Assembly: GCF_009834535.1 (NCBI RefSeq)
Contig: NC_045696.1
Coordinates: 41,914,001 to 41,978,000, forward strand
Direction: 5' to 3'
Source: Camelus ferus
Lineage: Eukaryota
DNA: 64,000 bases
This document shows positions 27,765 through 41,280 of the stretch, piece after piece. Position numbers and translations under genes: made by a program. The notes beneath the pieces are model-generated. The model saw only the letters and a list, made by a program, of their open reading frames with translations, had not been told where the DNA came from and did not search any database. Every line of letters begins with the position of its first letter. Position 1 is the first letter of the stretch.

Positions 27765-27878
27765 ACCCTGCTTTTACATGGAAATATCATCACCTCTCTT
27801 AGAATGGCACCTGCTTATCTACCCAGATGTCTTGCTATACTTTCTTTGGCAGAAAATGAAATCCGGGACTTAAATGAG
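27765..27878 (+). CDS. CEP97: CEP97 exon 5 (114 nt), LRR
   Basis: [38 protein letters not shown]; aag/gtaaa. Confidence 0.95.
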
Positions 27879-28407
27879 GTAAAATTTGAGGTTACCTTAT
27901 GGGATCCAGGAAGCTGGGAAATCAGGAGAGATGCAGGAGAAGGTTGTGAGCTCACTTTAGACTGAGCATCTTGGAAGAAAGTGCTATCGAGATGAAGCAC
28001 TTGGCTCTAAAAGATCATTATTTTTCTTTCCACTTTTCCTTAAATTGGTAGATTATTAAGTCAGTTTAATTTGCAATGGTGCACTTATCATTTCATTGGA
28101 AAGTGATTGTTCAGTAGAAGGACATATACATTAAAGGGGTTAATAAGGCATCCTGTGTGCACCTTTTGCTGGCTGCTATTATGTTTTCAAAATAGAGTGC
28201 TCTTTGCTAGGAAACAGTGCTTTTTAAGGGACTTTGTGCAGCAAGGACAGATGGTCATATTGTTGGAATTTTGGAAGTCAGTGGATAATATAAGAGTGTT
28301 ACTTGTCATTTTCAAAACAAGAGGGAAATTGTTACATTCTTGAACTGCCAAAGATGTGTAATCAGCAGAAGCCCTGTGCTTGACACGGAGTAGTCCATTT
28401 CCTTTAA

Positions 28408-28596
<189 letters not shown>

Positions 28597-29829
28597 TGAA
28601 AATGACTTCTTTAACATCACATTTATCATGGAGGTTACTGAGAAGACCATTTCTAACTTACTACAGATTAAGAAACTGAATATTTCTTGAATTGTGCATT
28701 TAGAAATCAAGATCATTAGTGCAATCACATAGCAGACTATGTGCTGGTCATTTAGGATTTTCTATCCTTTCCTGAAAAAGGATAAGAAATAAATGTCAGC
28801 CTTAGAGGTTGGGGCTAGTGAGTTTAACTTACTACCCAATATACAACAATTTTATTTCTAAAAACTCTTTTGTTAATCGGTTGTTTGGGGCTTGGAGCAC
28901 TTCTACCTAGAAACTTTGTTATAGATACTGTATAGGGTTTCAGATCAACCCCACAAAAGCTTGTATCCATCATATTGTAAAGGCAGGATTAATAACACCT
29001 TAGAACCCAACTACTTTTTATAACAGTGACCCTGGGAAAATGCATGCAGAGTTCCAGTTTGGAGCTGGTAGCAGACATGCTGATTGGTCCTACCCTTCTA
29101 CCTGTGAGGCAGCAGAAGTGGGAACCCCCCACCTCCAGATCACTGATGGTGCTGCGGCTTGGAACTGGGACCCCTTGGGGTCTTCTGGACGCTGACACAT
29201 GACCAGTACAATCAGAACTTTAGGGGAAGGAAGGAGTTAGGTGTGGCAAGAAGGGGTGGAGTTAGGATAATGAGAATTGAGGTGACTTTATTGTCTTCAC
29301 TCTGCCTCAGTTGACTCCCTCCTTTCACTGCATACATATGTGTATTCGCAGGCTCAACGCATACATTCTTCCTCACTGTTTTTGTCCTTCTGTTCTAGAA
29401 TTTGATAGTAGTTGCTTGAGGGGTTTCCTGATGGAGGGTGAGTGGTAGATTTCCTTCTCTCTGCTGTTTCGTCTAGTTGCTGCTGGGGTGTGGGGCAGAG
29501 AGGAATGGCAACCGTGAGCTGTGTGGTGCTGGTGGTTGTGGTTAGGGGGCAGGACATATGCTGTATACTCAGAAACTTTATTTTATTTCAAACTGTGGGT
29601 AATTCTAAGGCTGGAATACAGGTTTACTTGGATTATCTTCTAGGATCTACATTTAAGAGAAAGAAATAAGCTGTCGGATTTTTCTTTGGGAGTAGGACTG
29701 GCAACATTTTCACATGTGGGAGGTGGCATGGTGAGATGGGCTGAGATCAGGGTTTGGTGTGAAGAGAGACCTGGGAAGAGAGATGAGACCTGATCAGGAG
29801 AGACAAGAGAAAACTTCTCATCTTTCCCT

Positions 29830-30010
29830 GCCACCTATTAGCTGTGTGGCCTGGGCAAGTCCATTAGCCTCTCTGAGCCTTAGTTTTCCCATCTGTAAAA
29901 TGTGGATAATACCTCCTAGCTTTCAAGGATGCTGTGAGGATTAAGGATAACTGGAAATAGCATAAAACTGGTCATACAGTAGGTGCCTAATAAGCGATAA
30001 CTGTCATTAT
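29830..30010 (+). mobile_element. MIR SINE
   Basis: tagctgtgtggcctgggcaagtc...ctctctgagccttagttttcccatctgtaaaatg. Confidence 0.85.
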
Positions 30011-30545
30011 TACCTAAGGATAGGGACTAGGGATTGAAAAGTTTCGTAGACACTAAAGCAAGTGTTAAAAAGCAGAAAATATTTGTTGAATAGACAAATA
30101 ATAATGCAAAGGCTATGTTTCTATACTGTGGAAATGGTTTTAATCCAAGTGACTTCAGGGTGAATTTGAATTTTCTTTGAACTTTGTCTATAATGTTTTG
30201 CAAACGTTTAATTTCAGAGGCTTGGGGAGGTGGGCAAGAGTGGGCTTCTCCTTGGGTAGCCTCTCTCTGTGGGGATATCCTACACTAAAGAAGTGTGGGA
30301 GGAAGGGGGAGGTGAGAGGATAGCAAAATAGCAACACTTTCTGAGACAGATTCCTTTTCCCCCCACATTCTAAAAACTTGCAAAGTATCACAATTCAGAA
30401 ATAGTTTAAACATAATTTTTTTTAAAATGCCCATATAATCATCACTGAAAATAAGAATAGAACATAACCAGCACTTCAGAGAGCTTCTTTGCCCAAGTCT
30501 CGTGATAACTTCCTCCTCCCCTAGAGATAACCACTATACTGACTT

Positions 30546-30677
30546 TTTTTGGAGGAGGATAGGCAGTTAGGTTTAGTTGTTTATTTATATTTAGTTTTTA
30601 ATGGAGATACTGGAGATTGAACCCAGGACCCTGTACATGCTAAGCACGCACTCTACCACTGAGCCATACCCTCCCCT
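30546..30677 (-). mobile_element. Vic-1-type SINE
   Basis: gattgaacccaggacc...ctctaccactgagccataccctcccc; TSD atactgactt at 30536-30545 and 30680-30689. Confidence 0.85.
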
Positions 30678-30749
30678 ACATACTGACTTCCTGATAATTC
30701 AGAAAAATTTTTTCCCTCATTATTATGGAGTCTTCAAATCCATCAGTTC

Positions 30750-31100
30750 CCGCCAGTGAAGCTCAAATTTAAAGGACAGACAATACTAAGTGTTGATGAG
30801 TAGGCGGAGCAATTGGAACTTTCCTACACTATTCTAGAAATGTAAATGGTGCACCCACTTTGGGAAACTGGTAGTGTCTACTGAAGTTAAGCACATAAAT
30901 ACCCTATGACCAGCAATTTGACTTCTGGTATATACCCTAGAGAAATAAGTGCTTATGTCTACCAAAAAACATGCATAAGCATGTTCATAGCAGTCTTATT
31001 CATAGTCGCTCCAAACATTTGGGAGCTATGTGGGACATTTGAGAAACAACCTAAACATCAAGCTATTAGAAGAATGGGTAAATACAGTTATATTCAAACC
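30750..31100 (+). mobile_element. Old L1 (L1ME-like) ORF2 C-terminal remnant
   Basis: ORF 30906-31187 reads GIYPREISAYVYQKTCISMFIAVLFIVAPN, like the L1 ORF2 C-terminus. Confidence 0.75.
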
Positions 31101-34012
31101 AAAAAACCTAGGTTGTTGAGAAAAATGCTTCTGCAGTTGACATCTGAGACACCTCTGCAGTCTGTAAACAGTGTTTCCATGTTTTAAAACAACTCTGGAA
31201 GTATTCTGTCCTGGCAGGAGGAGTTACTCTAAGGGAGAGCTATTGGCTTAAAAATCGATGGATAGCCTGAGCAGCGTTCAAAACATTTTCCTCATTGACC
31301 TTGGGAATTGCCCTGAAGGACAGGAAGGAATTTCTAGTTTTTAGATCTACCCAGCTTGTTATTTTGCTAAGAGCATTCAAGTTAAAATTTTTCTCCATTA
31401 TGAAAAGTATCCGAGGTTCTTTGATGACTTCAAGTAGCCAGATCTCTAGTGTGTGTGTGTCACCCAAAAGAGTACCTTGAGCGACAGGCGCCCACCCCCA
31501 TGGTACTCTGGCTGGGTGCTTTCTGAGAGAAGCACACCTATGGAAAGACTGGCACCTTTGTGTAACATCTCAGTGTTTGGAATTCTTTCTGAATTTGTTT
31601 CCCCCTCTGTTTTACTGCTCATAGGACTTAGTACCAAGCTACACCTCTGTTGCTTACAAATCGCAACTGAGGGAACAGAATTTTGGAGATGTTCCTTTTT
31701 TGAAAGGATGTTTAACATATATAGAGAAGCAAGAGTAACATAATGAACATCTAAATACCACCAGGCAGCTTCAACAATTATCAACATTTTGCCAGTCTTG
31801 TTTCATCTATCCCCCACTTTTTGTTGTTGGAATATTTAAAAGCAAGTACCAGATATCATTTAATCCAATATTCCTTCTTTCTTATGTGAAAGAGCAGTTT
31901 TAAATTCTCTCTCTTAATAGTTGTTATTTCTGTTATATAATGTAAACTGTTCCTTTGATTTCAAGAGTCAAATTCCAATGATTTGAAATTAATATGTTAG
32001 AACTGAATGAATTTGAATCTTGTTTGTCTTTGAATTGGCAGGGAGATTTTTTTTTTTTACCTAGGAAAGTATTTTACGGGTTAATAAACTTGTGTAATGG
32101 TGTGTTAATTGATGAATGTGAAGCAGAGGCAGAAAAACGGATCTTCCAGTTGCGGGTGCTCCAAGGTCTGTGGTTTTCCTCACGCCTGAAACTGTGATAT
32201 TTAAGCCTGAGCCTTCTTCTGTGTCCTCTTACTTTCACTTCTCTTTCCTCACAAACTGCAAGTCACCTATAACCTGGAAATGTTACTTGCTAGCTAATAT
32301 TAAAGTTGATGATTGTCCTCTACTATGGACCTGTTTTGGGGGACAGCATTTGCTTGGCAGGACAACTTAGGAAACAGAGTAGATTTCATGAAGATTCTGA
32401 CTGGCCTTTATTTAATCCAAGGAATGTGTCTGTGGAAGATACACTTCTAACATTTTTATTAAACAGAATAAAATTTTTTATTGTTAGACTAAGATTGGGA
32501 TTACATGACTTCAGTTAATCAGCTTGGCACCCGTCATATCTCATTGATAGAAAACAGTTTTAACTTTCTTGTGGCACTGGCACATCACAGAGCTCTAAAC
32601 TCATTTATTGCACCATGACTTTTCTGCTTGAGTTAATCAGCTATCAAAAGGACCAGTTTCTTTGCAGTGTTTAATACACCTTGGGTAGCTTGACAGTTTT
32701 GGACTGTACAGTTTTTTGTGTGATGTGGATACCTTAATATGAAGATCCAAGAAAATGGTTGTGTATTGGAAGTGACTTTCAAACCATTTGCAATGCTGAG
32801 TTAATGGCATAAAACCAGAGAAACAAAGTATACCAAAATGATCCAACTTCAACTTCGAGTTGAGAGGCAGATTTAAGAATGGTAAAATTGACACAAAGGC
32901 ATGTTAATAAAAAGAAAGTGAAACATATTGCAAAAGTAAACAGTACTTTAATGACCTGCCATGAATCTACGATCCAGCTTCAACAGTTTTCAATTCATGG
33001 CCAACCTTGTTCTGCTGTACCTTTACTCACTACCCCTTCTCTATTATTTTAAAGCAAGTCTCAGATCACATACGATTTCATCACTAAAAGATAAGAGCTT
33101 TTAAAGAACTACAATCCTATTATCACATCTCAAAAGATTTAACAATGATTCTTTAACAACACTAGATATTAATTAAGTGCTTATGTCTCCAGTAGTACTC
33201 ATAAATACAGTTTTTAAATGGATTTTTGGAAATAGGATCCAAGTAAGGCCATACATTGTGCTTGGTTGATATATTTCTTAAATTTCTTTTTTGCTTTCTT
33301 TTTTAGTGTCTTTAAAATTTTATTACTATCGTGTGCTCCATGGGTTGGCTGTGCTGATTGGGTAGTTCTCACTCGGGGTCTTGTAGCAAGATCACACACG
33401 AGGCTGGAGTTCTTTGAAGGCTTGACTTGGCTCGAGGTCGAAGATCACACTTTCAGATCTCTCTGTGGGTTCCTCTTTTATTTTCTTTGCTTCCTTTTCT
33501 CTGTTTCTGATTGTTGAAGAAATCAGGTTGTTTGTCCTGTAGAGTTTCCTGCTGTGCTCATTTTCCCGGATGCTGTATCCCTGTGTCCTTTGACATACTC
33601 CTCTCCTTCGGTGTTTCCTGTAAATTGGTAGTTGGAGGTGGAGGTTTGATCAGATTTTTGTGGGAGCAAGGACTGCTTTGTGGGTTCTTTTGAGAGGCAC
33701 ACAATGTCTGGATGTCTCTTGCAATGAGTAACTATTAATAATCAAAGCCTAAGCTCATTAATTAATTGAGAGTTGCAAAATGGTGAAATTTTAATTCTAT
33801 TATTCATTTTTAATTAGCTGGAATACTTCTGTGAAGTAACTGTTTGGTTACTCGTTGGTATAGTTTATATAGGAAAGATAGAATTAATAATATTTAATTC
33901 TTCCCCTTTATTTGCTGGTTTTTCCAAATAATCCGTTGGTAGTTCACTAGCATCCTTCAGCTGTGACCAATTAGCTTTTTTTTTTAAACTGTCATTATGA
34001 ACTAATGGATTT

Positions 34013-34564
34013 TGGGGGAGGTAATTAGGTTTGTTTGTTTGTTTATTTTAATGGAGGTACTGGGGATTGAACCCAGGACCCCATGCATGCTAAGCATGCT
34101 CTCTACCACTGAGCTATACCCTCCCCCCTGAGCATGGGGTCTTCCTTCCTAAAAGCTGGACTGGGAGGCAGCCTCTTGTAGGTGGTTTGAATGTTCTGAA
34201 ATGTTCTCCCAGGGTGAGAAAATGGGATTCACACGTGGGTGTGAGACTTGCATGTGTCTCAGCAGAAGCACAGTTGGCTCTTGTGCTGCAGCTCCAAGAA
34301 TGGCCTGGTCCTGAATCCACCTCTTCTTTCCACCTGGGGATTCCCAGCTGCCATCTTGTGCGGCCAACGTGCCATGGCGACCTTTGGGTCCCACGGTGAG
34401 AGCCAGAATCCTAGATTCTTTTCTCCCAGGGAAGTCCTTGGTCTTGGCTGCAGGGCTGTCCTCCAGGACCAGGGGCCGCAACGCTGGGCTCCAGAGCTGG
34501 GCTAGGTGACTTGGGAGGCCTGGGCTGGGCTGGCTCCCGGATTCCCGCACTTACGTGCTCCCCC
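34013..34564 (-). mobile_element. Composite retroposed insertion: Vic-1-type SINE (34013-34128) plus about 440 bp GC-rich 5' extension
   Basis: SINE with A box tagctcagtggt and B box ggttcaatcc; TGGATTT repeated at 34006-34012 and 34565-34571 brackets both parts. Confidence 0.7.
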
Positions 34565-34899
34565 TGGATTTAAACACAATTTATGTATTTACATACTTAA
34601 GTTTGACTGTGAATGGAGGGAATACTCATTGCTTCTTCGAAAATAATTTTTAAATATTTGGAACCATTACTACAAATCTTTGGAAATGCCCCTAGGCAAA
34701 AAAAAAAAGGTTTAAAACATTGTAGGAGTAAGGGAAGTGAATCAGAAGGATAGATTTTTTCAAAAGACTTGAGTGAGTTTTATTTATGAAAAACATCCAA
34801 TGATGCTAAAAAGGTAAATTAAGAAGGAAGATCATTATTGCTTAAAAATGTATCTTGTCTGCCCCAATGCCATCCCTTCTTCATGTCCTCTGATTCCAG

Positions 34900-35064
34900 T
34901 TTAAAAGCTGAATGGCTCTATAGTCAAGGCAAGGGGAGAGCGTATCGGCCTGGCCAGCACATCCAGCTTGTCCAGTATCTGGCTACCATCTGTCCTCTCA
35001 GTTCTGCGCTGGGTCTTCAAACTGCAGAGGATGCCAAACTCGAGAAGATTCTGAGCAAGCAGAG
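34900..35064 (+). CDS. CEP97: CEP97 exon 7 (165 nt)
   Basis: [33 protein letters not shown]...[12 protein letters not shown]; cag/gtcag. Confidence 0.95.
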
Positions 35065-35692
35065 GTCAGCCCATTTATTTGTAGCAGCTGTTGAATTCAT
35101 GAGTGAAAATACCTCTGAGCCTTTCCCAGGGGGTTAGTAGGGCTGAGGCACGCGCTGCGTGTGGCCCACGTGTCTGGGCACTCTGGCCCCTCGCCACTGT
35201 GGCAATCCTGCAGGGGAACTGAACCCTGCAGTGCCGTCCAGTTTGCTCCCCAGCAACTGAGTTGTCAATCATTTCTTGAGTGGGGAGAGCCATGAAGCAT
35301 GGGAGAGTGGGATTTTTAAACAATGCATTAGTCCTTTTAATGTAGGTGTTTCACATGGACTTTAAAATACTAACATCAAGACAGGTATAGCTAGAAGCAT
35401 TTAGTAGTCACTTCTTTTATCAGAGATCCTGCCTCTGAAGGTTTGTGTACGTGTGGCACATGAGGGTGTCTGACTATCTGATTTAAAAATAAGTTTCTTA
35501 ACCATTTCTGTCCAACGCTTTTAAATGAGATTTTGTAATTTGAGGGTTATTAGAGATATATACTCCGAAACCCTGGAAACGTCTACCTTTTTGACAGTGT
35601 TACCCAGGAAGCAGAACCATGGTGGGGTTTTTTTTTTTTTTTTTTTTTTTTTTGGTTTGTGTTAAATCACATCATATGTTACTGGTTTTTAG

Positions 35693-35826
35693 GTTTCACC
35701 AGAGGCAGTTGATGAACCAAAGCCAAAATGAAGAGTTGTCTCCTCTTGCCACTGTTGAAACGAGGGCATCTCTTGTACCTGAGCGTTCAAGCCCTGTTCA
35801 AGATTGTCAGATAGTCCAGGAAAGTG
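35693..35826 (+). CDS. CEP97: CEP97 exon 8 (134 nt)
   Basis: [44 protein letters not shown]; tag/gtaag. Confidence 0.93.
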
Positions 35827-36252
35827 GTAAGAAGTTAACTGATCTCTGATCTTTCTTCTCCAAGTTGTTTTGCTCTGTTTGGTTTCAAACAGAAAAAAGG
35901 ATATATTTTCACAATTTTTTGTCAACTTAAGTGAACATTGGGATCCTATATTTTACATATGTATATACACAGGTAGACATATAATTACTATATGTCTAAT
36001 TTTTGGAAACATTCAGAAGACTGATCCCTTTTAAATTGACCTGATACTCTGATTATTCTTTCGATTATTACAAGAATTAATTTTTTAAAAATTTGGTTTG
36101 GTATTTTAGGAATGTTAGAATTAATTACCAAAAGCATTTTACTGCATTTTGCTATATTTCAAGGATTAGATTTCATTAAAAAGATACAACTGAAAAAAAT
36201 ACCTCTCTAAATATTTAATGTTTTAAACTCAGAATTCTGTTGATTCTTTTAG

Positions 36253-37028
36253 AACCCGTCATCCAAGTCAATTCTTGGGTTGGGATAAGCAGTAATGATG
36301 ACCAAGTATATGCTGTTAAGAATAACTTTCCAGCCTCTGTTCACACTACAAGATATTCTCGAAATGACCTGCACCTGGAAGACATCCAGACTGATGAGGA
36401 CAAGTTAAACTGTAGTCTTCTCTCTTCAGAGTCTACTTTTATGCCAGTTGCGTCAGGACTCTCTCCAGTATCGCCTACAGTTGAGCTGAGGCTACAGGGC
36501 ATTAACTTGGGCCTAGAAGATGATGGTCCCAGAGATGAATATGTGAAAGGGTTAGAAAGCCAGGGCTTTGATAAGGAAGAGGAAAAGGCTTTTTGGGCTG
36601 CCAGTGAGAATTCTGTCCAAATGATGAAAATACGATTAGTACAGAGGGAAATGAGAAAGATAGTCTGTTACCTTGTCCTGAGCCAGCAGTAACCAGTGCT
36701 GTCTTGAAGGTTAACACCCACAGTCTTACATCTTTTCCTGAGTCAGTTGGGCACAAGTGTCTTCCATACACAGCCAGGCAGTGAAGAAACCACTGTCTCA
36801 GACAGCTGCAGAGAAACTTCCCTGCAAGGTTTTAACCCAGACATCTGTTGCTTTGGGCCAAGATAAAGTTGCCCTTCAGAAGTTGAATGAAGCAGCCACC
36901 AAGCTTCAGGCCTGTTGGCGGGGCTTTTATGCCAGAAGTTACCACCCACAAGCCAAAGATGTGCGCTATGAGATCCGGCTGCGCAGGATGCAGGAGCACA
37001 TTGTCTGCCTAACTGACGAAATTAGGAG
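36253..37028 (+). CDS. CEP97: CEP97 exon 9 (776 nt as given, frameshifted), includes IQ motif
   Basis: [10 protein letters not shown]... in one frame and ...[15 protein letters not shown]...CLTDEIR in another; length mod 3 = 2 where the flanking exon phases require 1. Confidence 0.9.
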
Positions 37029-37479
37029 GTGGGTGAGAAGTCCTCTTGGTGCTGTTCTGTAGGTTTGAGGGTGTCAGATTCTTAGAGTTGATGCAGAACA
37101 CTGAATCGCTGCTGTTGTGGCCAGGACACTTTTCATACCGTGTTGCCCCTCTTGGTTGGTCGCCTACAATGTGCTGAAAGCATCCTGAGGGCAGGGACTG
37201 CCATATGCATCTCCATCCCTAGTACAGGAATTGGGACATAGATGCAGTGCAATAATAAATGCTGAGTGAATGCACGCTTTATAGATATCTATATACCTAA
37301 ACATAGAGGGTACAGAAAATGTGGAAAAACTGAGTAAGTATAAAAATGGGAAGATAAGAAAGTCTACATAGAACCCAGTAGGTGACATAAGAATTAAAGA
37401 AACTATAGGGATTTAGAAGGAGCTAAAATTCTAGGGCAATGGTGGGAATTATTTCTTCATTCCATGGCTGTCAACCCAG

Positions 37480-39800
37480 GAAAATTAGGATTTCATAGGC
37501 GTAATCTGAGTATGAGTATAGCAACTAGCAGTATTTATTAATATTATCAGGTGGGAGAGGAGGAAGCAGTACAAGAGACTGAGAAGGGACAGCCAGAATA
37601 GTAGGAGGGCTAGGAGAGTGTGTGGGGATGTTTCAGAAGAGAAGAAGGGTGCTGGAGGAGGACAGACAACGATACATTAAATTTAGCAGCTGGAGGTTAT
37701 TGGTGACTGTGTCGAGGGTCCCCAAGACTATCCTTGGGTTTGATGATTCGCAAAAAGGACTCATAGGACTCAGGAAAGCTATTCTTTGTGTTCATGATTA
37801 TGGCTTATTACAGTGAAGGGATATAGATTAAAGTCAGCAAAGAAAAAGGACGCACAGGGAAGAGTCCAGGAGGGACCACATGCAAGCTTCTGGTTTTCTT
37901 CCAGTGCGATTGTACAGATGGGGCTCCATTCTCCCGGCAACGATGTGTGACCACACATACGAGGTATTGCCAAGCAGAGAAGCTCACTCGAGCCTTGGTG
38001 TCCAGAGTTTTTATTGGGGGTCAGTCACATAGACATTGAGTACCCATGTGACTGACCTTAACTACTCAGACCTCAGCTCTTGCCCGAGGTCAGACTGATT
38101 CATTGTGACCCAGGGTCCCAGGTGAACAAAACAGTTATTTACCAGAAAGCACATTGTTAACATAAACTATCTGCTGTGGCCCAAGACCCCAGGTATACAG
38201 AGATACTCTAATGAGGCAGGGTAGTCCAAGGGCTTGGAGCTTATCTCTCAGGAGCTGGTCAAGGCTAGTACTGTCTTTAGAATGCACAGGGTTTGAACCC
38301 CAGTCCTGCCGAGTTAATTCCTTTCCTGTCCAGCTTCAGTGTGTAGTGGTTTGAAGGCAGTTTGGACAGGGTTGAGTAGTGAATGTGCGGAGAAGAGTGA
38401 CTGTTCAGCTTTGGGGGAGTGTTGCTGTGAGGAAGAGAGAGAAGTGTGAGGAGGTGGTTGCAGAGAGGAGAATCTGGAGTTAAGGAAGATTCTATTTAAA
38501 AGATGGGAGATGCAGAGCATGTTTATGTGTTGATGGAGACGATTCAATAAGGAGGGAAAAAGCTGATGGTGCAAAGGAAAGAAAGGGGAAGTGCAGGATT
38601 GAAGTTCTGGAGAAGGTGGGAGAAGGGGTCCAGTGCACGAGTAGAGGGAGTGGCCCGAGGTGGGAGCAGGTGAGGTGGTAGGTGTGATGATGGGGATGGG
38701 GACGTCCTATCTGATAGATGCTTCTCCTTTTTCAGTTTTATGTAAGATGTGGTCAGCACTTGAAAATTTGAGGAGAGGGATGAGTATGTGGGAGGTTTAA
38801 GGGGAGATGTGTGAGATGTGGGGTATTCATCTTAAAAGTGAACTTATAAGGGGAATGGAGGAGGACTGCTGGATAGTATGAGGAAAAACCTAAAATGCAA
38901 AAAGAACAGGTCAGACTCTGATTTTCATCAGCAACTCTCAGCTGTTCTGTTCTAATGTGGACATGGTTGATTTGGTTCAGCCAAGAATGGGTTTTCCTAG
39001 GCGAACATTGTAGGGGAGAGAGGGAAGGACAAGGGAGCTGAAGATATTTGGGAAAGGGATGACTATAATGATGGACCTTGGAATTTACGTGAGGTAAAAG
39101 GAAAACAGGAGGAGAGGTCTAGATGAAGATTGGACGTCTGGATTGTTGTAGTGGGTGCAAGACCAAGGGAACTGGGAGGACTGGAGGTAGTGGTTTGTGC
39201 TGGTGCTTGGAATCATTTTTGAAGATGGTGTCATCAGAATGCTTGGATCTAGAGTGGGAGTGAGAATGGGTGATGTGGGGTGGGTTATTGTTAGGTAGAG
39301 CATCCATGTGAATGTTGAGGGCTCCAGAAATGAGCACAGGAACAGGGCAGAGAAAAAGACCAGTGCTGAGCCTTCAGTGAAAGGGGCAGGTAATGGGAGG
39401 TCAGTACTTGAAAAAGAGTTAGGGGAAGTTCAGCAAGATGGTTGGAGCTCTTGAAGGAGGAAGGTTAAGAGTCATTTGTAAACAGCAGTGAGAAGCAACG
39501 TTCTAACTCTGATGTATGAGTGAGAAAAATAGCTGCCACTTGAGAGGGCTTCCGTGCCCTTAGAAGTGGATCTGATTTGGTCAAGGAAAAGTTCAGAGAA
39601 GAGGTTGAGTGTATATGGGAGTTTGCAGATTACAATTCAGGAGTACCAGATGCCACAGGAGGAGGGCTTGAGGAGCTAGAGAAAGTAGGTCGGAGCTTCA
39701 GAACAAAATGGGATGACAGTTTGGGAGATAATGGACAGCTAAGGGATCCTTAGGTTATGGCAGATGTAAGTATGGAGAGGGGGGCAGTGAGCCCAGAGTG
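37480..39800 (-). mobile_element. Decayed L2 LINE, interrupted by an LTR
   Basis: Purine-rich + strand; minus-strand LISGALNIHMD (near 39337) resembles the APE endonuclease motif I-L-G-D-F-N-I-H. Confidence 0.6.
37708..38332. mobile_element. MER21-like LTR
   Basis: gggtccccaagacta...tttgatgattcg...ggactcataggactcag and ccttggtgtccagagtttttattgggggtcagtcacatag. Confidence 0.75.
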
Positions 39801-40093
39801 AAACTTTAATGAATGAGGGGAGTGACAGATGTGAGGTCTGTTGATGATAGCAAGGACTATATCAGGAACTGGGACAAACAGAAATGTGAAGTTTGATGGG
39901 ATTAGTCCTGCTGGTCTCTTAGGATGTTTCAAGCTCTTTCAAGCTGCCTTTCTGCAGCTCCTGCCCCTTCCATGTGTTTGGCTGGGAAATTGAAGCTAGA
40001 TAAAGAGCCATTTAAGATTTTATTTTTCATTACTGGCAATACTTTGTAGAACCTGCATAATCTGAATTTCAGTCACATCTTATTTGCTTTTTT

Positions 40094-40950
40094 TAAAAAT
40101 TAAACTATAGTTGATTTACAATGTTATGTTAGTGATGTAAAGCAAAATGATTTAGTTATTAATAAATATACTCTTTTCCATTATGGTTTATTACAGGATA
40201 TTGAATATAGTTCTGTGTTCCACACAGTAGGACCTTGTTTATTTTATATAGTAGTTTGTATCTGCTAATCTGAAACTCCTGATTTATCCCTCACTCCCCC
40301 GCTTCCCCCTTGGTAACCATAAGTTTGTTTTCTATGTTTTTGAGTCTGTTTCTGTTTTGTAAATAAGTTCATTTGTCTCATTGTTTTAGATTTCACATAT
40401 CTATTATGTGATATTTATCTTTCTCTACTGACTTTCTTCACTTAGGATGATAATCTCTAGGTCCATCCCTCTTGCTTCAAATGGCATTATTTCATTCTTT
40501 TTTATGTCTGAGTAGTATTCCATTGTGTGTGTGTGTGTGTGTGTGTGTCTGTCTGTCTGTCTGTCTGTCTGTCTACGTACCACATCTTTATCCCATCATC
40601 TGTTGATGGACATTTAGGTTGCTTCCATGTCTTGGCTATTGTAAATAAAATAGTGCTTCTATGAATTAGGGTGCGTGTATCTTTTTGAGTTACAGTTTTC
40701 TCTGGATATATGCCCACAAGTGGGATTGCTTGATCATATGGTAACTCTTTTTAGTTTTTTAGGGAACCTTAATACTGTTTTCCATAGTGACTGCACCAAT
40801 TTACATTTCCACCAACAGTGTAGGAGGGTTCCCTTTGCTCCATACCCTCCAGCATTTATCTTATGATGGCCACTCTGACTGGTGTAAGATGATACCTCAT
40901 TGTAGTTTTGATTTGCATTTCTCTGATAATTAGTGATATTCAGCATCTTT
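40094..40950 (-). mobile_element. Younger L1 3' end (5'-truncated)
   Basis: ORF2 C-terminal remnants GIYPEKT...FTIAKTWKQPKCPSTD and [18 protein letters not shown], plus L1 3' UTR. Confidence 0.9.
40525..40573. repeat. Compound microsatellite (GT)n(CTGT)n
   Basis: Directly visible, inside the L1. Confidence 0.95.
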
Positions 40951-41121
40951 TCAAATCATATGTTCTTTGGCTTCTATGTTGAGTTATACTTTAAAACTAA
41001 AGTTTCACTTAGATATTCTAAAAGTGGAAAGGACTGTCATTAGATTATTAATCTTTACAATGTATGTGTTTATTAGTTGTAACAGGAAGTACAAGTGAAA
41101 GCATCCTTTCTTGTTTAGTAA

Positions 41122-41280
<159 letters not shown>

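Noticed and set aside
34149..34550. 133-aa ORF in the chimeric insertion as a retrogene
   Set aside because: GTG start, no recognisable protein, and a length plausible by chance at this GC content.
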